Positions 48,175 through 60,639 of a stretch of 64,000 nucleotides of DNA are shown here, one piece after another (the stretch's first letter is position 1; every line of letters starts with the position of its first letter). The notes beneath the pieces were generated by a model. The model saw only the letters and a program-made list of their open reading frames with translations. It did no database searches and was not told the DNA's origin. Source of the DNA: Squalus acanthias (lineage: Eukaryota); contig CM059432.1 of NCBI GenBank assembly GCA_030390025.1, positions 137,518,001 through 137,582,000 on the forward strand, in the 5' to 3' direction. Made by a program: the position numbers and the translations under genes.

Positions 48175-48995
48175 ATCAGCCGTGGCTCAGTGGGTAGCGC
48201 TCTCGCCTCTGAGTCAGAAGGTTGAGAGTTCAAGTCCCACTCCAGAGACTTGAGCACATAATCCAATGCAATACTGAGGGAATGCTGCATTGTCGGAGGC
48301 ACCATCTTTCGGATGAGACGTTAAACCGAGGCCCCGTCTGCCCCCTCAGGTGGATGTAAAAGAGCCCATGGCACTATTTTGAAGAAGAGCAGGGGAGTTA
48401 TCACTGTTGTCCTGGCTAATCTTTATTCCTTATGGGTCAGCTGTGGCTCAGCTGGGAGCTCTCTCGCCTCTGAGTCAGAAGGTTGTGGGTTCAAGTCCCA
48501 CTCCAGAGACTTGAGCACAAAAATCTAGGCTGACACTCCAGCGCAGTGCTGAGGGAGTGCTGCACTGTCGGAGGTGCCGTCTTTCAGAAGGCCCAGCTTG
48601 CTCTCTCAGGTGAACGTAAAAGAGCCCATGGCACTATTTTGAAGAGCAGGGGAGCTATCCGCGGTGTCCTGGGCCAATATTTCTCCCTCAACCAACATAA
48701 CAAAAACAGATTATCTGGTCATTATCACATTGCTGTTTGTGGGACCTTGCTGTGTGCAAATTGGCTGCCGCGTTTCCCACATTACAACAGTGACTCCACT
48801 TCAAAAAGTACATCATTGGCTGTAAAGCGCTTTGAGACGTCCGGTAGCTGTGAAAGGCGTTCTATAAATGCAAGTCTTTCTTTTTCAAAAAAAAAGATGA
48901 TTTTCTGGACATTATCTCATTGCTGTTTGTGGGAGCTTGCTATGCGTTTTGGGATGTCCTGAAGTCGTGAAAGGCATTATATTAATGCAAGTCTT
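48175..48995 (+). mobile_element. Cluster of Deu-domain SINEs (48175-48430 5' half; 48436-48882 full length; 48895-48995 3' piece)
   Basis: A-box GTGGCTCAGTGG and B-box GGTTCAAGTCC heads; Deu body; tail. Confidence 0.9.
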
Positions 48996-49387
48996 TTTTT
49001 TTTATGTATTATAATCAGTCATGGCGATAGGGTTTTTGCAGCGCTGCAATACAAATAAGGCTACCTCAGAGATGGTGTACCAATGACAATGAAGCATCTT
49101 TACCGGGTTTGGATGAACCTAGATAACAAGTTGTAGCATTGAGGAACCCTGTGCTAGACTGGGTCCCAAAAAGTATTTGGTCATTCTCCGATCCAATTTC
49201 ATTTTCTATTGTTGCTGTCACTGAGCGGCCACTGTACAAACAGTGTGTGACAGCTCCTTCTCGAGCTGCAGCAGAATAACGGGGATGGTGTGAAGATGGA
49301 CAGGGACATCTTAAAAACTATTGTCAACCAAGCTCTCGCATTTAGCCAAATAAGATCTGTTTTCGTAACTTGCATGAAACCAACAGT

Positions 49388-50350
49388 AATAAACTTGCAG
49401 AATGGACACATAATTGGCAAATGAATTTCAACACAGATAAGTGTGAGGTATTACATTTTGGTAAGAATAATAAAGAGGTCATATATTACTTAGAAAATAA
49501 GAATCTAAATGGAGTAGAGGAGCAAAGGGATCTGGGAGAACAAATACACAAATCACTAAAATTTGTGATGCAGGTCAATAAGGCCATAAAAAGTAAACCA
49601 AGCACTAGGGTTTATTTCTAGAGGGATAGAATTGAAAAGTAGGGAAGTTATGTTAAACTTGTATTGAACCTTGGTTAGACCACACTTAAGAGTACTGCGT
49701 ACAGTTCTGGTCTCCATATTATAAAAAGGATATAGAGGCACTGGAGAGGGTGCAGAAAAGATTTACAAGGATGATACCAAAACTGCGAGGTTATAACTAT
49801 CAGGAAAGGATGAACAGGCTGGGTCTCTTTTCTCTTGAAAAGAGACGGCTGAGGAGTGACCTAATAGAGGTCTTTAAAATTTTAAAGGGGTTTGATAGAC
49901 ACAGAGAGAATGTTTCCACTTGTGGGGAAAAGCAAAACTAGAGGCCATCAATACAAGATAGTCACCAAGAAATCCAATAGAGAATTCAGAAGAAACTTCT
50001 TCACCCAGAGAGTGGCAAGAATGTGGTATTCGCTACCACAGGGAGTGGTTGAAGCGAATACTGTAGATGCATTTAAGGGGAGGCTGGATAAACATATGAG
50101 GGAGAAGGGAATAGAGGGTTATGCTGTTCGATAATTTTTAAAAATCATTCATAATTTTTAAAGATCTCTATTTGGTCACCCCTCAGCCTTGGCTTTTCAA
50201 GAGAAAAGAGACCCACCCAGCCTGTTCATCCTTTCCTGAGAGTTAGATAAGGAAGGATGGAAGGAAGCTCAATTGGAGCAGAGATGCCAGCATGGACTGG
50301 TTGGGCCGAGTGGCCTGTTTCTATGCTGTATATTCTATGTAATCCTATGT
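49388..50350 (+). mobile_element. CR1 RT fragment plus tail, with an internal inverted piece (50140-50240)
   Basis: LAEWTHNWQMNFNTDKCEVLHFG; QKRFTRMIPKLRGYNYQERMNRLGLFSLEKRRL. Confidence 0.9.
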
Positions 50351-51439
50351 AATAATGAATAGAATTCTATCCTATGTTTCCTTAAAGAAACAGTGAAGAA
50401 AAATAGACTTTGCATCGATGAGTGCTTCAAAGCAGCAACATTCATTTTCCATTTCATTCTTCTTCATGTTTAAAAACAAAACTTTCATTTTTTTAAAAGT
50501 TTCCACCGCTGAAAGCGGGCATGTTGGTGCAAACGCGGTGATGTGAACGTGATTCGCCCGTTCTGCATGGTGGCCGGTAGAACGAGGAAGCGTTGTATAG
50601 CAAGAATGTTGTCGTCGCTGATCAGCATCTGCGACGCCCTGAACCACTACCTGACCCTGGACCCCGCAGCGCCAACCTCGTGAAAGTGAATAGAGAACGC
50701 CATGCGAGCGGGTAAACTGTCTGGTCAGCCCACTTCTGATGCCTTGAGTTAAGATGGGGCTGAGAGATGTAGGATGTCAAGCATGAGGGAATGACAGAAA
50801 TGCCAGTACTTCACCTCGGTATTCATAGAGGGGATGGATATTCAGATTGTAGAAGCAAGCGAGTTGCGGTTATTATTCAGAAAGATGGTACTGAAGAGGT
50901 TACTCCGACTCATACTGGGCAAATTTCCAGGACCTGATCCTTCCTGATACTTCCAAGGATCCTGAGGTATAGCAGGGAAGAGATCATTTCAAAAACTGTG
51001 GCAAGGATTGTTGTGGCAGAGGGCTGGTGGGTGGCACAGAGAAATGGGTAAACCAGGAAATTATGGGTTACTCTCACTGCAGTTGTAGGTGAACTACTAG
51101 AGTCTGTAATGTGGGGTGAAACTGGTAGCATGCCCTTGGCACTCTAAGAGAACGGGCTTTAGTACCTTTGCCCATCCTTTTTATAATAAACTTCATCAAT
51201 TTAATTTATCATTGATAATCGTGGCATGGGTCTTTTGCAATATCTTTAAAACTCCAAGCATGGTTATAGATAATGAATCGTGAGTGATATTTTATACTCC
51301 ATGAATGGGATATAGCTGAATATCATATTCTTTTTATACTCCTGCTGAATAAGGTGGGCGTTGGGACCAACGCCCACACAGATTGGCTGCAGACCAACCC
51401 ACCGCTAAATTTTTATGCTTTGCGGCAGTTTTACACCTG

Positions 51440-51700
51440 AAAAGGAAGGGAATTCTGGAACTTTAGGGCCTCGGCAGCTAAAGGCGCGGCCGCCAATGGT
51501 GGAGCGATGAAAATCGGGGATTGCGCAAGAGGCCAGAATTGGAGGAGCGCAGAGATCTCGGAGGGTTGTAGGACTGGAGGAGGTTGCAGAGATAGGGAGG
51601 GGGGGGCGAGGCCACGGAGGGATTTGAAAACAAGGAAGTTAATTTTATAATCGAGGCGTTGTCGGACCCGGGAGCCAGTGTAGGTCAACGAGCCCAGGCA
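51440..51700 (-). mobile_element. L2 fragment
   Basis: ORF RVRQRLDYKINFLVFKSLRGLAPP. Confidence 0.8.
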
Positions 51701-52382
51701 GCATCGATACCAGACCTTGTCACTGTTTTACTATTCACATTTGTTTTTTGATTTTGCAAAAAGGACTCGTAAAAATGCAGATTTGTGTGAGTAATCCACT
51801 TTCAAAGTTTTGTTTAAGCTAGAGTGGCAGAGTGTCCCCTGAATTTCTGTACATTGATATCTCTGACTATAAAGTCAAATTCTCTGGAAATGAAGAATAA
51901 AAATGACAAGGGAAAATGCTAGAAACACATTGTCATGCATGAGCTGTAATCCTCCTACTGTACCAACACAAGGAGTATCAAAGTACATTTTTACTCCAGA
52001 ATCATTTGAAATATGCCAGCAAACCCACAGAAATCCACTGCGATTTAAACTTTGGCTCGCCTTTAAATTATTACTGCGCTTGTCATTTTTGTTACCCCCC
52101 CCCCCCCCTCCTAGTTCAGGGTGTTGCTAATTCTATCTTTCTCTACCATTCCCCTGGCCGCGCGCTAACTGCAGTTCTTCCAAACTCTGAACCAGCCACT
52201 ACTCTATTCAGAAGATCATTCTATGTATCGAAAACTCTCTTTTTGGGGTCGATTTTTGATTGCCCTCACCTGACATTAACCAGATCGGTAACGGCCTCAA
52301 AATGCGGCCGGTATCCTCACTACCCCTGTTGACACCGGCGATGCAGCCGGCACCATTTTGAAAGGGGCCTACTGCCGGGCAT

Positions 52383-52990
52383 AACAACATAATAAGAAGC
52401 AGGAGTAGGCCGTTAGGCCCCTCGAGCCTGCTCCGCCATTCAATGAGATCATGGCTGATCTGATCTTGGGCTCAGCTCCATTTCCCTGCCCGCTCCCCAT
52501 AACCCTTGACTCCCTTATTGTTCAAAAATCTGTCTATCTCCACCTTAAATATATTCCATGACCCAGCCTCCACAGCTCTCTGGGGCAGAGAATTCCACAG
52601 ATTTACGACTGTAAAAAAAAAATTTAAAAAACCTCCATAGAAGCCTGCCTGTTTCAGGCGCTAGGCCCCCTTTTGATTTGGAGAAGGTTATGACGTCAAT
52701 AGGACCCCGATTGCCATTTTAGGTCAGAACTGGTTGGAGACCCCCCCCACCCCACCACCACCGCAACGTACCTCGCAGCCGGCCCCCTCAGCCTGATCTG
52801 AGCATAATAGGAGCAGGAGTAGGCCATACGGCCCCTCGAGCCTGCTCTGCCAGTCAATAAGATCATGACTGATCATCGACCTCAACTCCACTTTCCCACC
52901 CTTTTCCTTAGTGTCCAAAGATGTATCGATCTCAGCCTGGAATATACTCAACCACTGAGCATCCACAGCCCTCTGAGGTAGAGAATTCCA
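52383..52990 (-). mobile_element. Two CR1 3' tails (52383-52608, 52800-52990) inside MITE-like GC-rich remnants
   Basis: AGCAGGAGTAGGCC..CCCTCGAGCCTGCTC twice. Confidence 0.75.
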
Positions 52991-53249
52991 CCTTGAGGCT
53001 TCAATACAGTGAGCTGCACCTCAGCCTGCCTGCCAGATATAAATGAGGCCGAGGCATCAAGACCACAGTGGTGGGGGGAGGCGGCCTCTGCACTGCCGGA
53101 AAGACCCCTTTGTGTCAAGGACCTTCTGCTACTGTGTACTAAATTTGCCTTTTTCCTAATTTAAGCCGGTGTCCCTTTTTTTGTCCTGCTGTTAAGGTTT
53201 AACGCGGCAGAATGTTCCAGATCTACCTTTAGCAAGTCTTTCCTCGTAA

Positions 53250-53615
53250 CTCTCTCTGGAGCAGAGAAGACCAAGAGGAAATTTGACAGAGGTGTTTAAA
53301 GTCATGAAGGGTTTAGATAGAATAAATAATCAGAGGGCACAGATTTACGTCAATTGGCAAAAGAAGCAGAGGTGATGTGAGGAGAAACATCTTTACGCAA
53401 CGAGTTGTTATAATCTGGGTGCACTGCCTGATAGGGCGGTGGATACAGATTCAGTAGTAGCCTTTAAGAGGGAATTGGATAAATACTTGAAGGAGAAACA
53501 ATTGCAGGGATATGGGGAAGGAGCGGGGGAGTGGGACTAACTGGCTTGCTCTTCGAAAGAGCCGGCGCAGACTCGATGGGCCGAATGGCCTCCTGTGCTG
53601 TACTATTCCATGGTT
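53250..53615 (+). mobile_element. CR1 3' fragment
   Basis: GAGGTGTTTAAAGTCATGAAGGG..GGAATTGGATAAATACTTG..GGGCCGAATGGCCTCC. Confidence 0.8.
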
Positions 53616-54094
53616 ATAACTCGAGCCGCCGATGCGAAGAATCAGTCACATGTCTTTCCTCTGCACTAAAGGTTGAATATCTTCCTTATTTTTTTTGTTG
53701 GTGATCACAACTGGACATCAAGCAGTCATAGTGTGGTCTGACCAGAGGACTGGACGGTTTAACCCCTCCTCAGATTTGGATTGATAACTTTATATTTCAG
53801 CATTTTGTCTGTTTATTGCTGATCCACAGTGATTGGACTTGAGAAGTGCTGAGTCTTCCAATATCCCTGTTCAATTTCAACTTTAGCTATTTTAACACCA
53901 TCCCTGGTGCATATGCCACTCACATTTCCTTCCCGTGTGCAAAACGTTGCACAAAATTCCATAAATAGTCTTGATTTGAAATGAGACAGATTGCTGATCT
54001 GTTAAGGCACAGATATGTTCCTCGATCCTCACCCTGAAAATTTGGTTCTCGCCGAAGTTTTGGGGCTTTTACCGTAGTCTCTGGGCATGCAGGC

Positions 54095-54965
54095 TCCGCT
54101 TGCATTAAGGATCGATGGAAGTTGACTTTGTTGATGTGAGCAAAGCCAAGCTGTTCCCATCCATTGGCATCTACCCGACAATGTGGAAAGATTGCCCGGG
54201 TGTGTCCTAGCCACGAAATAAACAGGATGAATCTAACCTAGCCAGCCTCCTCCAAATCATCGATAAAGCATAGGAAGGTGTCATCAATAGTGCCATCAAG
54301 TGACACCTACTTATCAACAACCTGCTCACTGACGCTCAGATAGGGTCCCGACAGAACCACACAGCTCCAGACCTCGTCACACCCTTGATCTAGACATGGA
54401 CAGGGAGTTGGATGCCAGAGGAGTAGTGAGAATAATGAAGCAGTCCATGCCAGCCTATAGCAGGATCTGGATAACATGATGTCTTGAGCTGGCAACATTC
54501 AGGCCACATTAGTGCCATCTCGGACAAGAGAAAGCCTAGTCCTCCCCCCTGACCTTCAATGGTGCCGCCTTCACCAAGTTCCCCGACCATTAACATCTGG
54601 GGTGTTGCCACTGACCCGATACTGAGCTGGACCAGTCATACCATCACCATGGCTACAAGAGCAGGACAGAGGGCGGGTCCTCTGAGACCAGTGGCTCACC
54701 ACCTGACTCCTCAAAGCCTCTCCGCCACCGACAAGGCACAAGACAGGAGTGTAATGGAATGCTCACCATGGGTGCAGCCACAGCAACATTCTAGAAGTTC
54801 GACACCATCCACAACTGAGCAGTTCCCTTGATTGTTGCCCCTGCCACTAGACTCAGTATTCAGCCACTCCATCACCAACACACTGTGGCTGCAATCTGTA
54901 CAAGCTACAGGATGTGCTGCAGTAACTCACTGAGGTTACATCAGCAGCATTACCCTCCCTCACAG
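54095..54965 (+). mobile_element. Old copy of the second LINE family
   Basis: INIWGVATDPILSWTSH..KAQDRSVMECS; LHHQHTVAAICTSYRM. Confidence 0.7.
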
Positions 54966-54974
54966 TATCTATCG

Positions 54975-55475
54975 CTGAGCGGTATGTTGCCGATTAGCTC
55001 TGAATTAGGGCATTTCTATGCAATGTGGGCAAATGTCAATTAGAAATTGAGTTGAGATTGTCCAAACTCATTTCATTTGAGGCCTAGTTAGAATCATACA
55101 GCACAGAAGGAGGCCATTTGGCCCATCGTACCTCTTGCCGGCTCTTTGAAAGAGCTATCCAATTAGTCCCACTCCTCTGCTCTTTCCCCATAGCCCTGCA
55201 AATTTTTCCTTTTCAAGTATATATGCAATTGCCTTTTGAAAGTTATTATTGAATCTGGTTCCACCATCTTTTCAGGCAGTGCATTCCAGATCATCATAGC
55301 TCGCTGTGTATATTAAAAAAAAAAAAATTCTCAATTTCCCTCCTGGACTTTTTGCCAATTATCTCCGCAAGCAGAAAGATGAGACTTGCAAGCCATGTCT
55401 CAGTTCGAACTTAGATCCTCAAGGAGATCCTCAAGGAGAAAGACTGACCTTCTAGTCTACTGAGACAGCCAGTTC
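54975..55475 (-). mobile_element. LF-SINE-like element split by a CR1 fragment (55090-55345)
   Basis: Minus strand: tRNA-like head with GTTCGAAC, then GGCCTCAAATGAAATGAGTTTGG..TCTCAACTCAATTTCTAATTGACA..CCACATT..CTAATCGGCAAC, resembling the recalled LF-SINE consensus. Confidence 0.45.
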
Positions 55476-56279
55476 ACAGAGCAACTTTAGAATGTCTGTT
55501 AACACCGATAAACCTGAGTCATATTGTGCGCACGGGGCTGCCTCTTTGTAAATTTTCTGACGTTCTGCCGTGACATTTTAAATCTACCAAAAGGTTCTTG
55601 ATTTTATTTCTCCTCTTTGAGGACAGGTGTTTTATTTTATATATAACATCACAAATCTGTGAAAGGTTCCTTGACTTTAATATCCATGCATGTGTCACGT
55701 TTATCTTTCATTCATAAGGGGTGGGAACACACGGTGATTCCTTTAGTAGTTTGTGTTGAATTTAACAGCACAGCTCCTTAAATGTAGCCTCGTAATCAGC
55801 AGAATTGACTTTTTTATTGATCATTATATTGACATAGCCCCTCGTTTATTCAGCTGCCTGCCACAAAGTACTATTTCCCCAGCAAACATAAGGCTGTCAT
55901 CTTCGTCATGACCTCATCACAGAAATGGTGAATGAAAACAAAAGGATTCCTGTCATCTTGGATTTCATCTAAATGGTCCAATTTCTGAAATATGAGCTTG
56001 CGGAACTAATGGTAATGTCTTTTAGCTCTTTACTACCTCAACAGCCTCTTATAACGGCCAGAACCTGTCAATTCACAGGATCCTTTCACCGAGTGTCCTT
56101 GTGCTGGATGCGCCAGTCTGTCAGAATGATGGAATTGCTGGTCAGGACTGACTTACAGTTCAGAAGATGCAGGCTATTTTCAAATGAGTCTGCAATTTTC
56201 AACTACTTGTAGTTGTTAATAACTGTCTAAACAACAAACATTTGATTTACAATAGCTACTATATCTGTGTGGAGGTCTG

Positions 56280-56385
56280 ATATATAATCTCTATAGTTTA
56301 TTTATATATAAATATATTTATATAGAATATATATTAATTAGTATTTTTTTTATATTATAATATATATATATATATATATAATAAT
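56280..56385. repeat. (TA)n-rich low-complexity tract
   Basis: Nearly pure A/T with (TA)n. Confidence 0.9.
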
Positions 56386-56674
56386 TAGTGCAAAGGAAGA
56401 ACTTTGTAAATGAATATAGATTTCTACCATCCTTTTCCTTAATCAGTTCATTATATCCTGAATATAGCTTTTAAAATGTATTCAGAAATGATTGTGAAAC
56501 TTAAGCTGTCTTTTTTTCTAGTGAGCGATGCTCACTCGCTCACTCAGTGACTCCATCTCATTCTGACTCTCGCCAAGATAAGTACAAATGACACAGGCCT
56601 TTCAACCCATCTTGCTCATCCTTCCGTAGTCTCTTTCCCTTCAACATATCATAGCATCTTAATTTGAATTAATG

Positions 56675-56952
56675 TTTAAGGTAATTGGCAAAAGAAACAG
56701 AGGGAGATGAGGAGTTTTTTTTTTTACGCAGCGAGTTGTTATGATCTGGAATGCACTGCCTGAAAGGGCGGTGGAAGCAGATTCAATAGTAATTTTCAAA
56801 AGGGAATTGGATATATATTTGAGAAGGAGAAATTTGCAGGGCTATAGAGAAAAAGCAGGGGAGTGGAACTAATCCGATAGCTCATTCAAAGAGCCAGCAC
56901 AGGCACGCTGGGCCGAATGGCCTCTTTCTGTGCTGTATAATTCTATGATTCT
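56675..56952 (+). mobile_element. CR1 3' fragment
   Basis: GATCTGGAATGCACTGCCTGAAAGGGCGGTGGAAGCAG..tail. Confidence 0.85.
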
Positions 56953-58194
56953 ATCTACTTGCCTCTTGATTGAATGTATAATATGTGCCTCCGCTGCTCT
57001 ACCGAGAAGACCATTCAGGGTCGTGATCACTCTCCGCGCGGCAGAATGGTTCCCTGACCTCAAGTGCTGAACTTGCTGTTTTCACCAATTTGTACCTTTT
57101 GTCCCATTGTCCTCCAGTCATGAAATGGTGCTCATGCTTCATATTTTCTGTTGCACTCGAGCCTAGATTTTTAAGTGTTTTTTTTGTTGCTTCTGGCTGC
57201 TTTGACCTCCTGGCATAAATCAGACAGGCAGGTGTTCCATTCCACGGGAAGTCCGCCCACTTTGCACCACAGTATAATTTCTGGAGGGTGGGAACCAGCG
57301 AAACCAGAAGCAGCCAACGTGCACAGACAGATACTACATTTAACTATTAATCCAGGGCTGTGGACATCCTGCAGGCCATTTTCCAACATTCTGGCACGCA
57401 GGATTTTGGTTGTAAATCACACCCATGTGAAACCGGCAACTAGGGTGGCTAGAAGATAAGTGGTAAGAGTACAGAAGGCCATGAAAAAGACGCAACAAAA
57501 GTAATTAACGTAATCGTATTTCAATTATTTTTGTGTAAAATTTTAATAACCTACAATATAACATACAGCAATGTGATTCGTCTGTGGTGTCACATGATCA
57601 GCATGAACTAATGTTGGGATTTGGCTGGTCCATGGTAATCATATGACACTGTGAAACAGGCATTCAGTATTACAATAGCTTACAATATTACAGATGCAAA
57701 ACTTTGTTGCATAGATGTTGTAATAACTTGCTTTTTTAAAAGGGTACATTTTTGAAATGTGACAATACTTAGCTCTTTCAAAGAGCTGGCTCAGGCACGA
57801 TAGGCCGAATGGCCTCCTTCTGTGCTGTATGATTCCCAGATTCTAATATCCATGTTCCAATAAATGTACAGTCAAACCTTATGACACACTGTATTATAAA
57901 TTTCTTGTTATAATTAACTTCTTTTAACCGGTCCCATTGTGCTCAATATATAAGCCAAGAGAAACCCTTATCGAAAGAAGCACTTTGTCGACCTCCTTGA
58001 GTTTATGATGAGAGTTGGTTATAAATTGCAGATAAAAATTAAGTCTAATTAGCAATATGTTCATAATAGCATGACTGTTCATAGAGCTAGACTTTCAGGT
58101 CTGGACTTTTATCGGGAAGTTAGTTTGCTCTAATCAATCTAATTTGTAGATGAGCATGAGATTTAATGAATTTAATTTATTACTTTCTCTTTAG

Positions 58195-58372
58195 TGACGC
58201 AAGAATTACATTTGCTGATGCAAACTTCAAGCAGCTTGGCACACACCAACTGCTGTCTGAAGGTGTCCCTATTAAATGGTCCAAAAAAGTGTCTGGGCTC
58301 CAAAGGCAGATTAAGACAATGGGCTTTGCCAGCACGTTGTGCGACAGGCAGCACACTGTTTTACTTCCTGAG
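58195..58372 (+). CDS. Candidate coding exon (178 nt): DARITFADANFKQLGTHQLLSEGVPIKWSKKVSGLQRQIKTMGFASTLCDRQHTVLLPE
   Basis: Acceptor tactttctctttag, donor GAG|gtaggt; open, protein-like frame (phase 2 to 0); unique sequence in AT-rich flanks; a second frame is also open. Confidence 0.6.
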
Positions 58373-58439
58373 GTAGGTCAGCAGGCAGTTCCTTCTTCAC
58401 TCAACACGAACCATCATTTCATAACACTGCATGCCGGAC

Positions 58440-59710
58440 AAGCAGCCTGACAATACAAGGGCAGTGGAGGGATCGAGAGAGGAGGTGGAGATGTAGAGCT
58501 GGGTGTCATCCGCGTACAAATGGAGCATGACCGCATGGGGGCTAAATTCGGTTGATTTGCGCCCTAAGAGGGCGCTAACGGGGCGCAAATCAACTAGTGC
58601 CTGGGCGCGGCACCGCTAACGCCTCCCGCGGAATTCAGCGGGAGGTTAGCCGCGCGGCACTGCGCCGCCGGCAATGACGTCATCGCCATGCGAAGCGCCT
58701 CGCTCGCACCCCAGCTGTAATATTGGGTGGCGCCCCCCCCCCCCGACTTACCGCCGGACGCTATGTCCGCCAGGGTCAGGGGGGCCTACCTGCGGCCGGG
58801 ACGGCACTAGTTAAAGGGGAGGTGGCGGGCGGCCATTTTTGTTGCTGGCCGCCTGCCAGCACCTGCCCCTGTTGCTGTCCCCGGCCCCCGTGAAGCCCCC
58901 CCCCCCAGCGGGGTGCCGGCTGCTCTCCGTGAGCCCGGCACTCCTCTTGAGTGCCGGACTCATTTGCCGGCACTCCCAACCCCTGGGAGGAAGGCCTGCA
59001 GTACCGCGGCACGTAGCGCCGCAATATTGGCTCACAGCGCCCCAAGAGGGATGCGGGGTGCTTCCAGTAGTGCCCCTCCTCCCCCTCGGGGCGCTACCTG
59101 GGAAAACCGGCCGTGGGGGCGCTAACTTTTTCGGGGCGCGGGGGCGCTACCCAATTTTTGCCCCCATGTCTTTAGATGATGTCGCCAAGGGGCAGCATGC
59201 AGATGAGGAGGCCAAGAGTAGACCCTTGGGGGAGGGAGGGTGGATTCGAGAGGTAACGATGGGGAGGTGGCAAGGGAAGCCATTGCTGGAGATGCTCTGG
59301 CAGTGGTTGGATAGGCAAGAGTGGAACCAAGCGAGGGGAGTCCCACTGGACAATGGAGAAGAGGTGTTGGAGGAGGATGGTGTGCTCGACTGTGTCAAAG
59401 TATGGTTGAGAAGGATGAGCAGGGATAGTGCACCACAGTTACAGAGGCTGTCACTTGTGACTTTGATTAGGGCCATTTCAGTGCTGTGGCAGGGACTGAA
59501 CCCTGATTGGAGAAATTCAAACAAGGAGTTGCGGGGAAGATGGGCACAGATTTGGGGAATGGCAACACTCTCAATGCCTTTGGAAAGAAAAGGGAGGCTG
59601 GAGATGGGACAGTAGTTTGCAAGGACAAAGGAGTCAAGTGTGGGTTACTGGAGGAGAGGAGAATGATGATGGCAGCTTTGAAAGGGAGGACAGTTCCCAG
59701 GGAGGGGGAC
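58440..59710 (-). mobile_element. L2 RT fragment interrupted by a MITE
   Basis: QSGFSPCHSTEMALIKVTSD..PLAWFHSCLS on the right side and LHLYADDTQLYIS on the left side of the insertion. Confidence 0.85.
58538..59164. mobile_element. GC-rich MITE with GGGGC(T/A)AAATT TIRs; CATG duplicated
   Basis: GGGGCTAAATTCGG ... CCCAATTTTTGCCCC; CATG at 58534-58537 and 59165-59168; removal restores the L2 sequence. Confidence 0.85.
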
Positions 59711-60139
59711 CTCTGCAGGAGTTATTTTCTAGTCCTTTCTAATGCTGACCTTAAAGTACGACTGTGGAATGCATGGAAACATCCAACATCTGAAACCTCA
59801 GCGCACTCTGGTGATGGGGAAATAAGAAATGCATCGATGCCCAGTTTGGTTTCTGGAAGCACGGTGTTAGATCTAGGTTTCTGAATGTAGCAGTCCAGTA
59901 AGAAATACAGGCACAATTTTCAGAAGTAAATTTAATCGCGAGTGATCTGCAAAATATCAGTGGGGGTGGAGTATCATTTGTGTTGTTGATGAATAGAAAG
60001 AGCCTGAATTGACCAACTGTAATGAGTCACTTAATTCAGAGGATGTTCCATTGATCCTCTTAAATACACGTGGTTGCTTGTTGATTAAACTGAGAAAACT
60101 TTACCCTTCGTTAAATAGTGTCAGGACACTAGGAGAGCT

Positions 60140-60420
60140 CACCTGCGCCAAGAATGGTGCTATGGAATCTTTTACATCCACTTGAACTGACAGGTGGACC
60201 CTCAGTTTGACATCTCCTTCTGCACTGAAGTGTCCGCCTCGACTAGGCGTCAGCTTTGGCTCAGTGGGTGGTACCTTCGCCTCTGAGTCAGAAGGTTGTG
60301 GGTTCATAGTCCCACTCCAAAGACTTGGGCACATAATCTAGGCTGACACTCCCAGTGCCAGCACTGAAGGCGCGCTGCACTGTCGGAGGTGCCTGTTTCT
60401 GTGCTGTACATTCTATGTAA
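60140..60420. mobile_element. Deu-SINE pieces (minus 60140-60240; plus head 60250-60395) followed by a CR1 tail stub
   Basis: GGCTCAGTGGGTGG..CTCTGAGTCAGAAGGTTGTGGGTTC; CCTGTTTCTGTGCTGTACATTCTATG. Confidence 0.7.
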
Positions 60421-60639
60421 CTCTATCGTGAAAATGTATTTTACGGTCAGAGTGGAGCCTATCTTTTTTTGGAGCTAATTCAAGTATCGAAGCCTTAAAT
60501 TAATCCGGTTTATGGAGAATACAGCATTATGGAGAGACCGGCAGGCCCTGACCCACTGAGTGCTGAGCCTTGTGAGGTAGGAGCCAAGGTCGAGGCTACT
60601 GTAATGTGCTGCCATGCACTAGCTTCAAATAAATTAGAG

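Noticed and set aside
48175..48250. tRNA gene
   Set aside because: A/B boxes continue directly into the Deu-SINE body; a SINE head, not a tRNA.
4520..58372. Assigning the exon chain to DZIP3 (N-terminus) or the AKAP11/SPHKAP family
   Set aside because: Only a vague by-eye resemblance of a few residues; not enough for a gene symbol without a search.
58839..59615. 258-aa ORF, the longest in the window
   Set aside because: Runs from a GC-rich MITE into antisense L2; a chance open frame.
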